From NCBI GenBank assembly GCA_026026165.1, contig JAPEUD010000103.1, positions 1-64,000 of the forward strand: 64,000 nt of DNA, read 5' to 3'. Below are positions 39,041 through 51,335 of this stretch, one piece after another. Each line of letters opens with the position of its first letter. Position 1 is the stretch's first letter. Both the position numbers and the translations under genes were made by a program. The notes under the pieces are model-generated. The model worked only from the letters and a program-made list of their open reading frames with translations, ran no database searches and had not been told where the DNA came from. Source of the DNA: Sarea resinae. Its lineage: Eukaryota.

Positions 39041-41571
39041 ATGTCTGAAGATACGACCGAGGTTGCGAATCCCCAGGACCAGAGTCACGAGAGAACGCCC
39101 TTGTTAGTCGAAAGCCGGAAGGATTCCATTTCGGCACGAGGCTCGGTCAAGAGCAGCTCGGACCCAACCATCCATGTCGGAGAAGACGTCGAATGCAATG
39201 CTCCCAAAGCCAACGGTGAAGATGAAGCTGAAGCGGAGTCTCAAGGCGGTAGCATTGCTGGATTGATCTCGATATTACTCCTTGGTCAGTCTAATTGATA
39301 TGGATGTCTTGCTCGATCATGACCCTCCCGGATGGTAAGCTGATATCAAACAACCACACAAGGCGTCTTTGTATCCAACGCGGATGGCTCAATTGTTTTG
39401 GCAACCTACGGCATCATCACATCAGAGTTCAACGAGCTCTCCGAGTCCGGATGGCTAGTAACGAGCTTTGTCTTGGGCATGTGTGCCACCATGCCTCTTG
39501 TTCGTGGCCCCTTCCCGTTTCCGATCATCCTCTTGCAATCGATAGGATGCTGATGTTGACGTTTTCCCTGCTTGATTGTTCAGTATGGCAAATTGAGTGA
39601 CATTTATGGACGTAAAGCTCTATTATTAGTGGCCTATTTTTTCTTTGCCGTGGGCTGCGCTATATGGTATTCCGAGCCCCTCCGTTCATCAAGTGCTCTT
39701 CAAGATATAAATCTGATGCCCGCGAAGTGGATTAGGCACCTCACTATGGCAAGTCATCCTAGGCCGGGTAGTCGCTGGCATTGGTGGAGGTGGAATGTCT
39801 TCTCTGGTCTCGATCTTGATCACAGGTATTAGGATCATATCTCACCTGGCTACACGGGCACTCTCCTGACTTCACTCACCAGATCTGGTTCCCTTGCATC
39901 AGGTAGCGGCCTGGAGAAGCTACGTTAACGTTGCGGCAACACTGGGTCGAAGTCTAGGAGGACCAATAGGAGGCTATCTGGCCGATACGATCGGTTGGCG
40001 TTGGTATCTATTTCCCACTTGACTCAGACTCCTTCATAAAACCGCGATGTTAACGTGTCTCATTTTGATCAAAGGTCGTTCTTCGGACAATGTCCCGCAA
40101 CACTCCTTGCAATGGCCCTCGTAGCCCACAAACTCCGGTCAACGGCACCTACACCCCAGGCATCATCGTCTCCTGAGCTACAGCGCTCCAACCTCTCCCG
40201 CATCGACTTTGCCGGCGCAGCAACGCTGGCACTGACGATCGTAGGGTTTCTCTCAGCTATTGACCTCGGTGGCCAGAAGTATGCCTGGACGGACCCGATC
40301 ATCTTAGGGATCTTCGGTGCCTCTCTAGTATGCGGGACTATTTTCGTGCTGGTCGAGGCGTACTGGGCGAAGGAACCGATCCTACCCCTGGGGCTGGTTA
40401 CGAAGCGTGAGGTAGCAGCTAGCTATGCGGTTGTAGGATTGCAAATAATGGCGCAGATGGGGGTGAGCGATCTGGTTTCTCCGTTTCCTTTTTTTTTGCT
40501 CGAGCTTATATGTTCATCAACACAGATGATGTATACCGTGCCGTTGTACTTTCAAATCACATCCCACGCCTCCGCCTCAGTAGCAGGAGCGCATCTCTTC
40601 CCCGCGGTAGCTGGCAATGCTATCGGCGGGATAATCGCCGGAATAGTCATCAAACGGTCCGTTTTATCAAGACTCCCCTACCTTTGTAAAACGAAACTAA
40701 CGACCGAATGGCAGAACCCGCACCTACCACCCCCTAACCCTCCTATCAGGCCCTATTTCACTAACTGCCTACATCCTCCTCATCACGCGCTGGCACGGCC
40801 ACACATCCACCCTAGAGTCCCTCTACATCATCCCGGGCGGTTTCGGCACCGCCCTCTCGCAAGCATCGGGCTTCATCGCACTGACGGCATCCATCGACAC
40901 CGCGCACATAGCCGTCGCCACATCGGGCATGTACCTTGCGCAGAACGTGGGCGTGGCTCTGGGCATGAGTGGCGCGAGCGCAGTCTTGCAGGCCAGTTTA
41001 CGCGTGGTATTAGAGGGGAAATTAGAGGATGTGGAGGGCAAAGCAGAGGTATGTTTGATCGTGCTTGTCTTTCCCTCCATCCATTTTCCACCATTGTTTC
41101 TCTTGAGGGGCTTTCGTACGACGTCTTGATTACGCCTTTCACCAATCCTTGCTAACCTCTGTTGCGTAAACAACGAGAAGATCATCGACCGCGCCCTGTC
41201 AGACGTCCAGTACGTCCAGGCCCTGAAAGGCCGTGTCGCCGAGCTCGTCATCAGCGCCTACGTCCAGTGTCTCATGTATACGCACCGTAAGTTCTGTCAT
41301 TCCTCCTCTTCCTCCTTCCCAACATCCCTTCCCACAATCGCTTCTCCGTCTACATCTCCCCCCCTCCATTCAAGCCTCCCAGCCCATGGTGCCCAACCCC
41401 TTCCATCCTGTTCACTGCCCAGGCTCCGTCACACACACACACACACACACTTAGGTATCCCATCTCACTAACACGAGCCCCCTCTTCCCGCGAAACCCAA
41501 CAGTCCTCTCGGTCATCTGCGCCGTCCTTACCTTCATAGCCGCTCTGTTCCTCAAAGGCCGTCGATTATGA
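39041..41571 (+). CDS. MFS transporter, 14-TM DHA2/Vba (vacuolar basic amino acid) type (~9 introns)
   Basis: ERTPLL dileucine sorting motif; GVFVSNADGSIVLATY, YGKLSDIYGRK, GGPIGG.LADTIGWRW, RIDFAG, AKEPILP, VPLYFQ. Confidence 0.85.
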
Positions 41572-42423
41572 ACGATACTCTCTGCCCCTTTTTCTCGCCT
41601 CGCCTCGCCTAGGGTACCAGGCTACCTCTCTATCTGCATGCCCGTATAGTAATACCTACCTGCTTGCCAACCAGCTGGCCAGCCAGCCAGCCAGCCAGCC
41701 AGTCTAGCTACCTGGCTTCGCACGAATACAACGATAATAACTCCATCCCACATGGTTCATCGACCGGCAAGATAGAGGGAAGACCCAGAACGAAAAGAAA
41801 AGGAAAACGATACAGTTAGAAGAGCGGCATCAGACAGCAATATAGACCATTAGAACCTAGATGAAGGTTGTTCATGACATTAGCTCTATCCTCCGCCTAC
41901 GCCTACGTATGGACATGATATAGAAAGACAGAAAGAGGGGGCAGAGTAGTATTACATTACATGCACACAGCCCAGCCCAGCCCAGCGATAGAAAAAAAAG
42001 AACCCCCCACGCGACCACCATAGTAGAACAGATAGATGGGACGCCGGGAGCCTGTATGCAGCTGATCAGGGGGCCTAGGGCCATAGAACACGGGATAGGA
42101 TGACATGATGATATGAGATATGAGGATGAGAGGATATGAGATGCGATGCTATAAAACATGACTGTGACCACGGCGTACGCATACATGAGCCTTTTCCTGG
42201 GAGGGAGGGGTAGAGATAGATAGATATCTGACAAAACCCCCGCCCCCCTTTTCCCCAATAGCTGCGCTAGCTAGCACGCGTTCTGCGCCAGTCTTATATA
42301 AGTCCTAGGTCTCTGATCCGGTCTTTCTCTCTCTCATCTAAGATCAAGTCCCTCCACCGACTCGTCTTCATCATTGATTCGTTCTACTCGTGCGTGCGTG
42401 CCCTGCCTCACTCATTCGTTCGA

Positions 42424-44013
42424 TCAGACGTCCTCCTCATCGTCCTCATCTTCATCCTCGTCAGCGATAAGCTCGACGATTAGATTACCGCTCCGGCCAA
42501 CCTTCTCCCTGATCAGGCCCCCGTCTTGGATATCATACACGGTGCGTGGCATGGGCGACACGAGATGGAAGCCGTACTCGTGCTTGAAGTCGGCATCGGG
42601 AGCCTCGGTGTCAGACTTCTCGTCGAGTACGCTATCAGCAGCACCAGCAGTGTCAGACTTTTCGTTGCTAGAGGACTGCAGGACGTCGTAGCACTCGACG
42701 AAGGCGTAGAGCTCTTCCATGGGCCGATCGGCATCGAAGCGCCGGACGACGCGCTCGCCGTCGGGCATGCGCACGCTGATGCGTGTGACATCTTTCTGGT
42801 CGGCCTCGGGCTCGGGCACGATGGCCGCGGCACGGACTCGTTTCCAGCGAGCCAGGTTTCGAGCCCGTCGCTGGGCGGCCTCTTCCTGGTCCCGGGCCTC
42901 CTGCTCGGCGCGCGCCTTGGCGGCCTCGGCCTCGCGCTTCAGACGCGCACGCTCGCGGTCCTGCGCTAGCGAGCGTTCGTAGGCCGAGTTCTGCTCTTCG
43001 CGCAGCGAGCGGGTGGCTTCTTGCTCGGCGCGAGTGTTGCGGGCCCGTGCCAGGGCCTCGTTATTGGCGGAGATGGCCGTTTGCAGTTTTGCTATGAACG
43101 CCGTCGGGGGGGTGGGCCCCGAGATGCGCGCGACGACGGACATGGCTGTCGAAGAGATCTGCGGCGTGTGCGTGATCAGTGCCGCAAAGGGGAATTTGGT
43201 GCACCGCAAGGCAGTGGAGATTTGGTATGCTTCGGAGTCCTGGACGGAGCCGGCCCAGAGGAGGAGGTTGTTTTCAGGTGCGTTGATGAAGGATGTTACT
43301 TCGGGAGAAAGGAGGGTTTGCGTGATAAAGGTCGACGTATCGTCGTGCTCGGGGGAGAGGAGGATGACGAGGAGGAATTTCAGGTCTTTTTTGGCTTTGT
43401 CAAGGGCCTGCGCGTAGCCGTTCTCGAAGAAGGGGAGACTGTTGGCGCCGTATTCTTCTTCGAATTCACGAATGAAGCGCGAGGCGCCATCACGAGGATT
43501 TAGAGGCCGTCGGCCTGTAGTATCTCTTCTGGAAGAGCCTTGGCCAGGACTTCGGGGGGCTAATAGCCTTGGGAGGAAGGGGAATAGGTAACCGAATAGG
43601 CTGAAGGCACTGGAGAGGAGACGGTACAGGAGGTTGAAGGGTGTGAAGACAAGAGAGAGTATATATGGCGGACGATAGGCGACTTGGTTGTCGGGCTGTG
43701 GCACAATTCGAGGTGCGGGATCCATGCCACGTGCCGTTGAGGGAGGGTCGAAAGCTGAGGAGCCGTTGAGGAGAGTTTCTGCTCGTGAAGACTGCCGTGG
43801 TGGAGGTGCCCTGGACGACGCTAGAGCCTCTGCAACCGGGTCTGCAGTCTCACCATCGAAGAACTTGGCGATTGCAACCTGGACGTTCCACTGTGATCGC
43901 CGCAGTATTGGTATGGCCGCTCCGAGCTCCTGGTCTGTCACCGAGGTGAACTGCTGGAGGGCCAGCTGCTGGCTCTCGCTGAGCTGGCCGAGATCCACAT
44001 CGGCGCTGGCCAT
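42424..44013 (-). CDS. UBA-UAS-UBX domain Cdc48 adaptor (Ubx2/Ubx3/FAF2-like), intronless
   Basis: UBA-like start (LQQFTSVTDQE...WNVQVAIAKFFD), membrane hairpin, UAS (FIREFEEEYG...LLWAGSV), coiled coil (LREEQNSAYERSL), UBX with RRF and SPMPR. Confidence 0.9.
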   Translation of the reverse strand: MASADVDLGQLSESQQLALQQFTSVTDQELGAAIPILRRSQWNVQVAIAKFFDGETADPVAEALASSRAPPPRQSSRAETLLNGSSAFDPPSTARGMDPAPRIVPQPDNQVAYRPPYILSLVFTPFNLLYRLLSSAFSLFGYLFPFLPRLLAPRSPGQGSSRRDTTGRRPLNPRDGASRFIREFEEEYGANSLPFFENGYAQALDKAKKDLKFLLVILLSPEHDDTSTFITQTLLSPEVTSFINAPENNLLLWAGSVQDSEAYQISTALRCTKFPFAALITHTPQISSTAMSVVARISGPTPPTAFIAKLQTAISANNEALARARNTRAEQEATRSLREEQNSAYERSLAQDRERARLKREAEAAKARAEQEARDQEEAAQRRARNLARWKRVRAAAIVPEPEADQKDVTRISVRMPDGERVVRRFDADRPMEELYAFVECYDVLQSSSNEKSDTAGAADSVLDEKSDTEAPDADFKHEYGFHLVSPMPRTVYDIQDGGLIREKVGRSGNLIVELIADEDEDEDDEEDV

Positions 44014-44690
44014 CCTCGTTCGGACAGGCGGCAGCCTGCTTTGCTCCAGGCAAGACCCTACCGGATGGGTTCAGAAGTGGTGATGTCCGAGGTAGATCGA
44101 GATGGTGGTGGTGGTGAGCTGGGGCGGTAGGTGGTGGTGTTGAGTTGTGAGGGCCAGGTACCTACCTTACCTTCTAGGTATGGGAGCTGGAGGATCGAGG
44201 GCAACTGACATCAGACCGATCGATGGCGACGGGACCTTCATCATGTGGGAAGAAGGCTGACGGAACATGCCGGAATCAGAGGTACCTGCTCCGGTGCGTG
44301 CGGCCAGAGCGCAGAAGTGGTACTCTACTCAGAGCATCTCTAACCACTGTCTCCCATTGCTCGACGAACGCCCTACTTGGGTCGTGGATTCGGACGAAGA
44401 CCACGCTGGCTCCCCCCTCGATCTCCCTATTGCTTCTTCCTGACATCTCCGGAAGCTCTCCTTGGTCTGCGTGCAATCTTTGCGATCGTTCGTTTCTCGT
44501 CTACCATCTTCGCTATTCAGTACTGGCACGCTCATATCACGACGAGGAATGGCTGCTGGGGAATGCGCCATGATCTTGAGATAACGCAGTAAGCTCGGCA
44601 TTGACCATCCGCCATCCGCCAATTGCTGACATCCGCAGCTATTTCCAACCATCTATGGAGTCCCCCAAAGGATAGAATTGTGTGGAGGAA

Positions 44691-47363
44691 ATGGCATCCC
44701 CACTTGGGGCATCTCCAGGCCAAGGGCGCAGGGCTGTGGCTTCCCCGCGCCCCCGGACCCGCGGTATGTCGTCCTCCAGAGGGCTCCAAGCATCAATGCC
44801 CGAGTAGACTGATCGCGCATGCTCATGGGGGATAGAAAATGCAAAAGATACCCTTTGCAGAAATATCACCATTTATGGACACTGTCGATACGAGGACAAA
44901 GGTCATTGCTTCGCGTCTCATATCCCTTTCGCGCTTGCTGATCTCTCACAGGATGCGTCTTCAACCACGACCCATCCAGAGCAAATATACCATCAACACA
45001 AGCAGACAGGTTCGTGAGGAACGTATTCGGGTGGAGCAGTTGACTGACCGCGCCGGCCTTTCAGCTTGAAGAAACGACTCAATGTTGATTCTCCAACTTT
45101 TACCCCTTCATCATTAACCAGTAACGGGACCAGTATGAAGAGTACCATCATATCACCCAAGACCGCCCACGCAGCGCCTTTTACCCCCAAGGGCTCCAGT
45201 ACAGGTCTGTTTGATAACTTGATCAAGGCGTAATTTGAAAAGTATTTCTGCTTACGTTCAATGGCAGGCTTATCTACTCCAGTGCAACAAGAAAGTAGCG
45301 GCGGCTCAGAATGGCCGTATCAGGAAGTAGCGGAATTCGTCCCCCAGGCTTTTGACACTTTGCAAATGGTACGTATTGACATCTTTTACTTTCGCCTTAG
45401 TCAATCCCCTTAGTATTGCGGTCACTCGCTGGTCATTGTTGTTCTCCATACGCCAATATCAGCGTATTTGACGCGCTGTGGTAAATCCTCAAATCTTTTT
45501 CCTCTTTTATTCATGGAATGGCGAAGTCGGAAGGAAGACAGTGGCGCAGCCGTGGGCACCCGCGCTCCCGACTTTTCGGCTTCTACAACGATGATCTTCA
45601 GGGTGCTGGCGCGTCGAGAGTGTTTTCTGATCCATTGTCTTTGAGACCAATCAACTCAATCCCTGCACCTTCTTTCGGGCTCGACTCCCATGACCAGCGT
45701 TACGATCTAACGCATCATCAGGGCGATGCCAGTGCGACAGGGAACTTTGCCGACCCATTCTCCTCAAACGCTCCGGCGGCACTGGGCGGCATTAATACGG
45801 CCAATGCTCAAGCTCATCTCAATCCGTACGCACAAGATGCCGCAGGCCTCGGTGGTGCCGCGTATTATCAAGGGCAAGGCACTTTCACACAGCCGGTATG
45901 GACATTGCCCTCCAGGACTATCAGGTACAATTCTAAGGCATACAGCTTCAATACCATCTATATGCCCCCTTGGGTCCTCATCGAGAAAATCTACCAGCTT
46001 ATCAACGAACTGCTCATGACTTCTTTATCTCCGACAGCCTCAGAGAGGAACTGCAACGCAAAGCCGAAGCTTCTCACCAAGTATTACCAAGTATGGCTGC
46101 TCCAGTGGTTGAAGGCCAGATCTGACAAGTACTAGACTCATCGCTTCCCCAACTTGAGCATTTTCATTCTCTCGTGCCTCTGGATACTACCAATCAGAAA
46201 AGTGTGGCCGCTTTTGGATATCCCAGCTGGATATACAAGGCTACGTCTAGCAAGGACGGCAACTACTATGCTTTGAGAAGGCTCGAAGGTAATTCTTATG
46301 GCATTTTACAAGAGGGATCGCTAATCAGGTCACAGGCTACCGATTAACCAACGAGAAGGCCATAAGGTCCGCGCAATCGTGGAAGAGAGTCAGCAATGGA
46401 AGCATCGTCACCTTGCACGACGCGTTTACCAGTCGTCAGTTTGGAGACAGCTCGCTTATATTTGTCACCGACTATCATCCGCTATCGAAGACGCTTGCTG
46501 AGCACCATTTCCCCTCTACTCGATTCCAAGGTCGCCCCGCTGGAGGTCACGTACCGGAGCAAGTATTGTGGAGCTATGTCATGCAGATATCATCCGCACT
46601 CAAGGCAATCCACGATGCCGGCCTCGCTGCCAGGATCATTGATGCAAGCAAGATTCTACTAACCTCAAAGAATCGCGTCCGCCTCAACGCATGTGGCATC
46701 CTCGACGTTGTCCAATACGACACCAGCGCCACGATAGCCGACTTGCAACGTGAAGACCTCATGCAGCTTGGCCGGCTCCTCCTTTGCATCTCCACCAGCA
46801 ACCAAGGAGCGCTGCACAACATACCGAAAGCGCTTGAATACATCAGCCGCTCCTACACGGCTCCTTTCAAGGATTGCATCTTCTGGCTGCTTGACACGTC
46901 CGCATCCCAGGGTACAAAGGACATCGACCGGTTTATGACAGGACTCGCCCCTCAGTTCCTCAAAAGCTTCGACCATACTCTCCACCTGGATGACCAACTC
47001 AACACCGAGCTAAGCCGTGAGCTTGAGAATTCCCGACTCCTCCGTCTGACGATGAAACTTAATTTCATCACCGAGAGGCCTGAATTCGAACACGATCGCC
47101 AGTGGTCCGAAACGGGGGACCGCTACCTACTCAAACTGTTCCGCGACTACACGTTCCACCAAGTTGATGCGCAGGGAAATCCCGTCGTGGACCTTGGGCA
47201 CGTTTTGACCTGCTTGAATAAGTTGGATGCAGGGATCGAGGAGAGGATTAGTCTTGTCAGTCGCGATGAGCAAAACTGTTTCATCATCAGTTACCGCGAG
47301 CTGAAAAGACAGGTGGAGGCCGCCTTTCAGGATTTGTTAAAGGCAGGCCGGCGGACGGCATGA
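44691..47363 (+). CDS. PAN3: PAN2-PAN3 deadenylase subunit Pan3 (~8 introns)
   Basis: C3H zinc finger LCRNITIYGHCRYEDKGCVFNHD, PAM2-like LNVDSPTFTP, pseudokinase (YALRRLEG, FVTDYHPLSKTL), ELENSRL and WSETGDRY knob domain. Confidence 0.96.
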
Positions 47364-48460
47364 TTGACCGATGGACGCGGATGACGCATAGTCTCCTCGA
47401 GGGCAAATGATGACGGTACGGGATTGGGATGGAGAGGATAAGCCACCTTTGTTTAGACCCCTATGACTGGATTGGTTCCTGTTGATCATTTTTGTTTTTC
47501 TCTGTTTCAGACAGACGTAATACAGGATACAGATGCGATTGCAACTGCCAACAATGATACAAAGATTCTTTTCCTCGGACTCAAGTCAGGCGCGCACGCC
47601 AGGATGAAGCCACCTGAGGTTGGGTGCTGCTGTGTAGAGGGCTCGCTTACGGATGACGATGTCCGTGTACTGATGTGCATACCTTGATGAAGCCGTGCAT
47701 GGAAACAACCGTGAAGAATAAGGGGAATGATGAGGGGAATTGAGGCATCACCACCGACGAACAATACGTAGTTCAGCCCTACTGAGGAGGAGGTGAAGCT
47801 TCAACGGTAGGCGAAGATCCCCTGTCCCAATGGCGTTAGCGTCGCGGTGAAGCTGAGATAGAGCTGCACATTGCTCTACAACTGCCCCAGATGTCGGATC
47901 AATATTGATCGTTGCTATGCTATAAAGTAACACATCCCATCCACAATCAATACGTGCTTCCGAACTCAACCCACCTTTCAGCTCACCAAATCATCCCCTT
48001 TCACAAAGAGAAATCAACTCATAACATCGCTTTCCATTCTTCTTCTACTATCCATCTAGCAAAATCTGTAGCTTCTTGCTGTCTGATCGCTCAGGAATAG
48101 AGCTCAGTTCACCACTATTCCGCCTCCTAAAGCTTCCGATCAGCTCGTCACAGATCAGTTAGACTCAGCTCAGTCGGCTCAAACTCCGGTCAGTTAATTC
48201 TTTGCCAGAGTAGGGGACCTGAATACGCCGTTCAGCAGAAGCTCATGTGTATAACAGATATACCGTCTCTTGTAACAGGCCGCCCGAAAGACTCAGTTCA
48301 ACTGAACTCGTCGTTGCAGTATCGGTGAGTCTGCATGATTGTTGATAGCAATAGACTAAGAATGTAGGCACGCAAAAGCTAATCAACTCACCAGGCGTAT
48401 TGTACCTTCATGGGATTTAGCTCTATCTGTTTCGTTTCCTCGTAGTTCTCCGCTTTCACC

Positions 48461-51335
48461 ATGAATTCTCACGAAGATCCGGGTGAAGCTTTGGCTAGGC
48501 TTCAAATTGCTGCTATCGAGAACGAGCGTCTCCGGCGCGAATACCTCGACTCTCTGGATGAGGTCAGCTCGACAGCTGATCTTGAGGCCCATGATGAACA
48601 GGTCATCTCCGAGATTACTTCCACCGCTTTCGACCCGCAAGGTTTGCACCGTCTTTTCCCCTAAGACGTACAAGAACTGACGGATCCTCAAGTTCACGAA
48701 GAATTAGACGTTAGCTTCCTCGGTGCTGCCGAGACTTCTAGCAACACTGATTCATCATTCTACGAAGACGGTTCCCACAATAACACCGCTGGTGCCGACG
48801 ATGATAACGTGGTTGTAACAGGAACTGTTGATCAGACTCATACTACTCCTCCAGTGGCTACAGCTTTGATTCCATTTTCTGCCTGGCTCAAAAAACAGGC
48901 CAAAGAGCAGGCCATGGCACCTCTTAGTTCTCTCCAAGATGATCCAACGCCACACGTCCCAGCTCAGATATTCAGGCATCCGCTTGGGCCCCATGGACAA
49001 GGCTGGCCGGTGAAGACACTTTCTGTCGAGCTCTTTGAACGAATTACTTCACATCTTCCACGCGACGATGTTAAAACGTTGCGCCTTATTAACAAGGAGT
49101 TTGAAGCTCAGATCTCGGGAGCATTCTTTCGCAACATTGTCGTCCCCTTTAGCTCGGAGATATATTCAATGTTAGAGTCAACTGACTCGGAAGACAAGAA
49201 GAAAGGCCAGCCAGTAGCCGAAGTGAGCAACGAAACGGGAACGACCAGTCTGCCGCCCGACCTGACTGCCGGTGAAGCCACGATGACCAACAAATTGGAG
49301 GCCTATTCCAAAGAAATCTATCGGCCAAGTCTCTCGAACGGCGGACTCAGTATCGAATACCTTACTAGTCTGAAGGCAGGTGTACGCCGAGACTTTGGTA
49401 TGAAGATCTTTCAAGGATTTGGCCCTCATGTTCGACGCTTTGGCATGAGTTTTGAAGTCGATGAAGGTATGTCATCGGGTCTTTTATACGATGATAGATT
49501 GCTGACTTCGTGCAGAGCAACTTCGTCAAGTTCCCGAAAAGGTGGAATTCGAGACCCAGACAAGCTTTTGGGGCATGTATCAGTGGCCTCCTCAAACATA
49601 CCGTCGTTTCAAGGACTGTGCTGGTCTGGAATATGTCGCCGATGAGACAAGCTCCATGAAGACGGCGTTCTCAAATCTATCTGAGGTCACTGAGCTGGCC
49701 ATCTCGGTCGATAACAAACTTGGCTTTTTGTCAGGCCCAGATATCTCGGAGCGCATCTTTGCGCAGAAAGCTTTGCCGCCAGTCTTCGGTCGATCAATGG
49801 TGCCCGATTCTAAGCTTCAAAAGAAACTAGATGAGTGGGTGTCTTGGGCTGAGCGCATTCTGGCCAATCGCACTTCTGATTATGAGCTGCCTCAAATTCG
49901 AGCTTTCTTGCGCGACATTATCTGTCCTTATAAGATTACTGTCTCATCGCTCGGTTATGCTGGCCGCCGTTATGCCAATATTCTTCCTCTGGGTATGAGT
50001 ACTTTCAATAGCAGTGCTCCTAATCCTCTCCCAGATCATTGCCCTAGCATGAGTGACCACACAGGGACCAAAATCGACGAGCTTCCCCTTCGCCCTAACA
50101 ATCTGACTGGAGGCCAGCAAGATTGGCTACTCGAGACGGAGTGGGCTCAACGAGCTTTCTTGACAAGTTACTGCATTGCCGTCATTGATAACGGAACTGC
50201 CTTCCAGAATGTTCACACCTTCAGCGTTGCAAGACTTTCCAGTCGGCACGTACCCCTCATCGGTCGCCGCGACTTTTGGGATGCTCTGCCGAACCTCAAG
50301 ACGATTAGTCTTGGCGTGATCCCTGATTGGAGAGATGTCTACACGGGAGCGTCCGGAAAAGTCATGACGCCTAGTGTTGATCCGTCTGACGCTATTCTCA
50401 GAGTTGCTCCTGTGCTATTCGCATACATCTCGCGCTTGAAATCCGTCAAGACGCTGAAGTTTGGCTGGGTCGGTGGCGGCGAGTGCGCAGAGGGCACATA
50501 TTCTCGCAATCAGCATATCCTTGCCGCACCCATCGTTCACAGCGCCTGGGAAATGTTTGCTGAGAACGACATCACCACGCAGATTCTAGAGCTCCCGCAT
50601 GTCGAGCATCTTACTCTGTCCAACTGCTGGGCAAGTCCCCAGGTCCTAGCGTCGTTCATCAAGGGTCTCAGCGCTGCATCCCTGAAGACCTTGACGATGG
50701 ACTCCGTTTCTTTGACCGCAGTCTCCTATCTTAGCTCGGATCCGCCCATCGAAGCGCGCAACATCAGCCACATCTTCCCCAGCGTTCCACGCATCCCCGT
50801 CACAGCCCATGTTGATTCGCATGTCTTCCCCCCTCGGCCTCTCAGTCTGTCAGCAATCAGCTTCCTCAACCCTCAGCGCTTACGCCCTGGATCTTGGGCC
50901 GACACCATCGACCAAATCACACCGGGCCAAACACTAGCACAGATGCGCTACCAACGCGGATTAATCGATGATGCGGCCGCGGAAAAGGACACGGCGTCCT
51001 CGCTGAAAAAGATCTTTTTCAAGTCCTGCGGCTACGTCTATCTGCCCTTGGATTTTAGCTGCATGGATCAACGCTCCGTCGCGCCGCGTTTCATGACCGA
51101 ATTGCCGGATTTTCTCAAAGCCTTAAAGGCTTGCCTGAGGACCTGCATGATGACGACAGATGATCTCAGCCTGGGCACGATCATCCAAGATCTTAGCTCT
51201 GTCGAATTGGAGGTCTTGGAGCAAGGCTTTGGTCTATTTGAGGGCTGGGGCGACAATCCCAAGCGCTATATCAACCGTGAAGATGGCTTCTTTGATGGAG
51301 GCACCGGCCGCTTTTCCGGCATCATTGTCTCTTAG
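48461..51335 (+). CDS. Large uncharacterised F-box-like / LRR-like protein (2 coding introns, probable 5' UTR introns)
   Basis: Splicing ~48642-48692 and ~49467-49515 joins three ORFs. F-box-like LSVELFERITSHLPRDDVKTLRLINKEF and LxxLxL repeats (LPNLKTISL, LPHVEHLTLSN, LKTLTMDS). Confidence 0.65.
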
